Positions 61,531-64,000 of a DNA stretch of 64,000 bases are shown one piece after another. Origin of the DNA: Zootoca vivipara. Taxonomy: Eukaryota. The position numbers and the translations under genes were made by a program. The first letter of the stretch is position 1, and each line of letters opens with the position of its first letter. Location: NCBI RefSeq assembly GCF_963506605.1, contig NC_083279.1, forward strand, positions 17,236,001 through 17,300,000, in the 5' to 3' direction. Under the pieces are notes generated by a model. It was given only the letters and a program-made list of their open reading frames with translations, was not told the origin of the DNA and searched no databases.

Positions 61531-62437
61531 GGCTAGAACAATAGGTCTTTGGTCAGCTCTGTTACTTTGACATGGGTGTATATCTTATTAAAAGTTAGAA
61601 GAATGCACACCGCTGCCATCAAAAATGGCAGCAGTATGTGGCGCTCTCCAGTCTCTGTGTAATGTAGAATGGCAAGTTACCTTTGGTTCGTGCATAATTG
61701 CATAGAATATTTCCTCACTGTCTCCTACTCCACATTGGTGGTCGTCAATGCCAGTGGAATGACACCAGTACACATGCAAACTTTTTTTTTTTTTAGATGA
61801 TCCCCACCGTTTTGGACATAATATTAATTTGAGGATAAGGCTAGTAGTGACTACTTGCCACTGTTCTGCCTCCATGCCTCTGAATGCCAGTTGATGAAAA
61901 TCACTAGTAAGGATCTGCTTGTGGGCTTCCCATAGGCAATGGATTAGTCAGTGTGTGAACAGAAGGCTGAGCTAGATGGCCCATTTGGTCTGATCCAACA
62001 GGCCCTTGTTGTGATTTTTGGGTAGTGTCACCTTCAGAACTTCAAATCAGGGAAACCCATATGAACATTTGTTCAAAGTTCTCCGAGAAAGTGGTAGGGG
62101 GAGAAAGACCTCACTCTCACAGGAGTTGAATACTGTAGTTCAGTGAAATGGGACAGGTAAGGATCCTGTAAATTTCTAGTTGTTATGACACAAAACCTCC
62201 CAGATAGTCAGTGTGACAACAAAACAGAAAGCAGCTTTCAAGAATATATTTGTCAATAGTAGGGATGAATGAATCTGTCAATTTCAGTTTCTCTGTTTTC
62301 CAGGCTTAGCTCATCCCCCCCCCCCAACACACACATTTCTACAGCAATAGATGGTGAAGGGGAGAAAATCTCTTACGAAGTTCCTGCAGCCAATCCGAAG
62401 CCTTGCTGCCCGCAGCTGAGGTAAACCCGGCGAGGCC

Positions 62438-62759
62438 ATGGATGGAGAGGCTGGTGGGCAGGTGGTGGGTCTAGGTTGTGCCATGGGCATTGTGACGGGC
62501 ATATCACGGGGTTTCAGCCAGAGCTTGGCGTGCCTGCTGGCCCCGCGCCAGGTGCCCAACTTGGCGCTGCTGCTGGTGGGGGGCTCAGCGGCCACGCTGG
62601 AGCAGCTGGAGGGTGAGCTGTGTGCCACCTACTCAGCGCTCCATGTACGCAGCCTGCCCACTGACCTGGCCTCAGGTGACAGGCCGCAGCGCATGGTGCA
62701 CACCACCTGGGAGCTCCGTGGGGACGGGCCGATGAAGTGGCTGCTGCTCGTCAACGGCA
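62438..62759 (+). pseudogene. SPR: Degenerate copy of sepiapterin reductase exon 1
   Basis: GLGCAMGIVTGISRGFSQSLACLLAP...LEQLEGEL...LHVRSLPTDL...LLLVNG resembles SPR ([25 protein letters not shown]...LRQLEAEL...LRVVRVPADL...LLLINNAG, from memory); phase-1 GTGAGC donor at 62760; TGxxxGxG and NNAG motifs damaged. Confidence 0.7.
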
Positions 62760-62786
62760 GTGAGCGAGTGGCCCCGAGACACACTC

Positions 62787-62941
62787 CTGAGCATGTGCAG
62801 AGTGTGTTCCTCCTCCAGGTCCGGAGGCAGCTGTGGGACTGGCTTGCAGGGTATTTATATTTTTCAAAATATAGTCCGCCCCCTCCACAAGGTCTGAGAG
62901 ACAGTGGACTGGCCCCCTGATGAAAAGGTTAGCTGACCCCT
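62787..62941 (+). mobile_element. One end of a hAT-type MITE
   Basis: TAGTCCGCCCC...GGACTGGCCCCCTGATGAAAAGGTTAGCTGACCCCT resembles a Charlie/MER30-like terminus; the other end was not found. Confidence 0.55.
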
Positions 62942-64000
62942 CATCTAGTAGACCAGGTTGGGAGAAGGAAATTGCAAATTGGCATCAGTTGCTATGAACT
63001 TTCACACAGAGCACACATCTCCTATGTGATATGGGTGGTGGAGAAGGGGATGGGCCTATATATGATTCTCTCAAGCAAATGTGAACTGGGCCTAAGCATC
63101 TTAGAAAGATTTTAGAAAGGTTTTAAAAACAACAACCTGAGATTCCAGGGACTATGATCATATAGTGCATGCATGGGGCACCTTAAAAAGAGGAGCCCCT
63201 GAACCATGTTTTGTCTATTTCTGGTGTAATGAATACAAGTTATCAGTACTATTTCAATGCAGTTTAATTACAGATTCGCATCAACAATTTAACCTGAATT
63301 TTACTGACACACATGTGCAAACATTTCCTTGACCATAACCCATCTTTATGTCCTGATTGCATAATACATCTGGTCAAATGTCTTTATTTCCAAATGCCAC
63401 GCTGAGTGCCACTCTGAATAATGCTGCACCTTCAATGCTTCAAGAGATCGGGGTTTTTTTGTGAGCCGTATTCAAGGTACGGATTAATTTATCAGTGTAA
63501 CAAAATTGCAGCTGGCGTGACAATTGAAAACATCTGTGGTAACAAGTTCAGCTGAGCACTCACAGAAAATGCTAACTGCTGGCAATATTTTGACAGCTAA
63601 AATGGGAAGCAAGGTACCAATGAATATTAACCATGACATGGGGAGGAGGAGTGAATGAGCTAGCACATGCTATGAGGACTCTAGGAAGTATTCAAAAACT
63701 TGCTGATAAATGCACTAAAAATGCATTTGGTGCAGAGGTGTAAAGCTGCTACTCCCAGGGACAAATATGGCCTCCTGATTCATTTTGTCCAGTCCTTGGG
63801 CATTTTCAGAGAGTTTCCTTCCCCTGGAAGCCCAGTAGGCCAGTGAGTGTGCTGGGCACTGAGGCTGAAAGACACTCCAACCACTTTGCATGACCAGGTG
63901 GCAACAGCCCCAGCCCCCAGATATCATAATGATGGAATAAAGACTCTGACAATGTTATACAGACCTTGGCTTAGACCTTGGAGCCTTGGGCGTGTATCCC

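Noticed and set aside
62760-62920. C-terminal extension of the 160-aa SPR-like ORF
   Set aside because: Read-through into intron and transposon sequence; similarity to SPR stops at the donor site

Overview
Vertebrate genomic DNA, almost certainly a squamate and probably a lacertid lizard (inferred from Sauria SINEs, tRNA/CR1-tail SINEs, BovB, L2, CR1 and many hAT/Tc1 MITEs). It is mostly repeat-rich intronic or intergenic sequence. The centrepiece is a 7.9-kb, apparently intact and young tyrosine-recombinase retrotransposon of the Ngaro type on the minus strand (23928-31834). Its layout is A1 - long leader - gag - RT/RNaseH - tyrosine recombinase - SGNH hydrolase - B1 A2 spacer B2. It sits inside a BovB fragment, and a 7-bp core (CTTTGTG) appears at both ends and at the internal B1/A2 junction. 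The hydrolase ORF has no ATG but has a phase-1 splice acceptor that matches a phase-1 donor in gag, predicting a spliced Gag(N-term)-esterase fusion (inference). About 6 kb away lies a diverged 'solo' A-spacer-B remnant of a related element (38135-38978). Also present: a degenerate copy of sepiapterin reductase (SPR) exon 1 next to a hAT-like end, a 5'-truncated RTEX-like LINE with an open ORF, three solo LTRs, and two weak candidate minus-strand host exons. All calls were made by eye; no searches were run.
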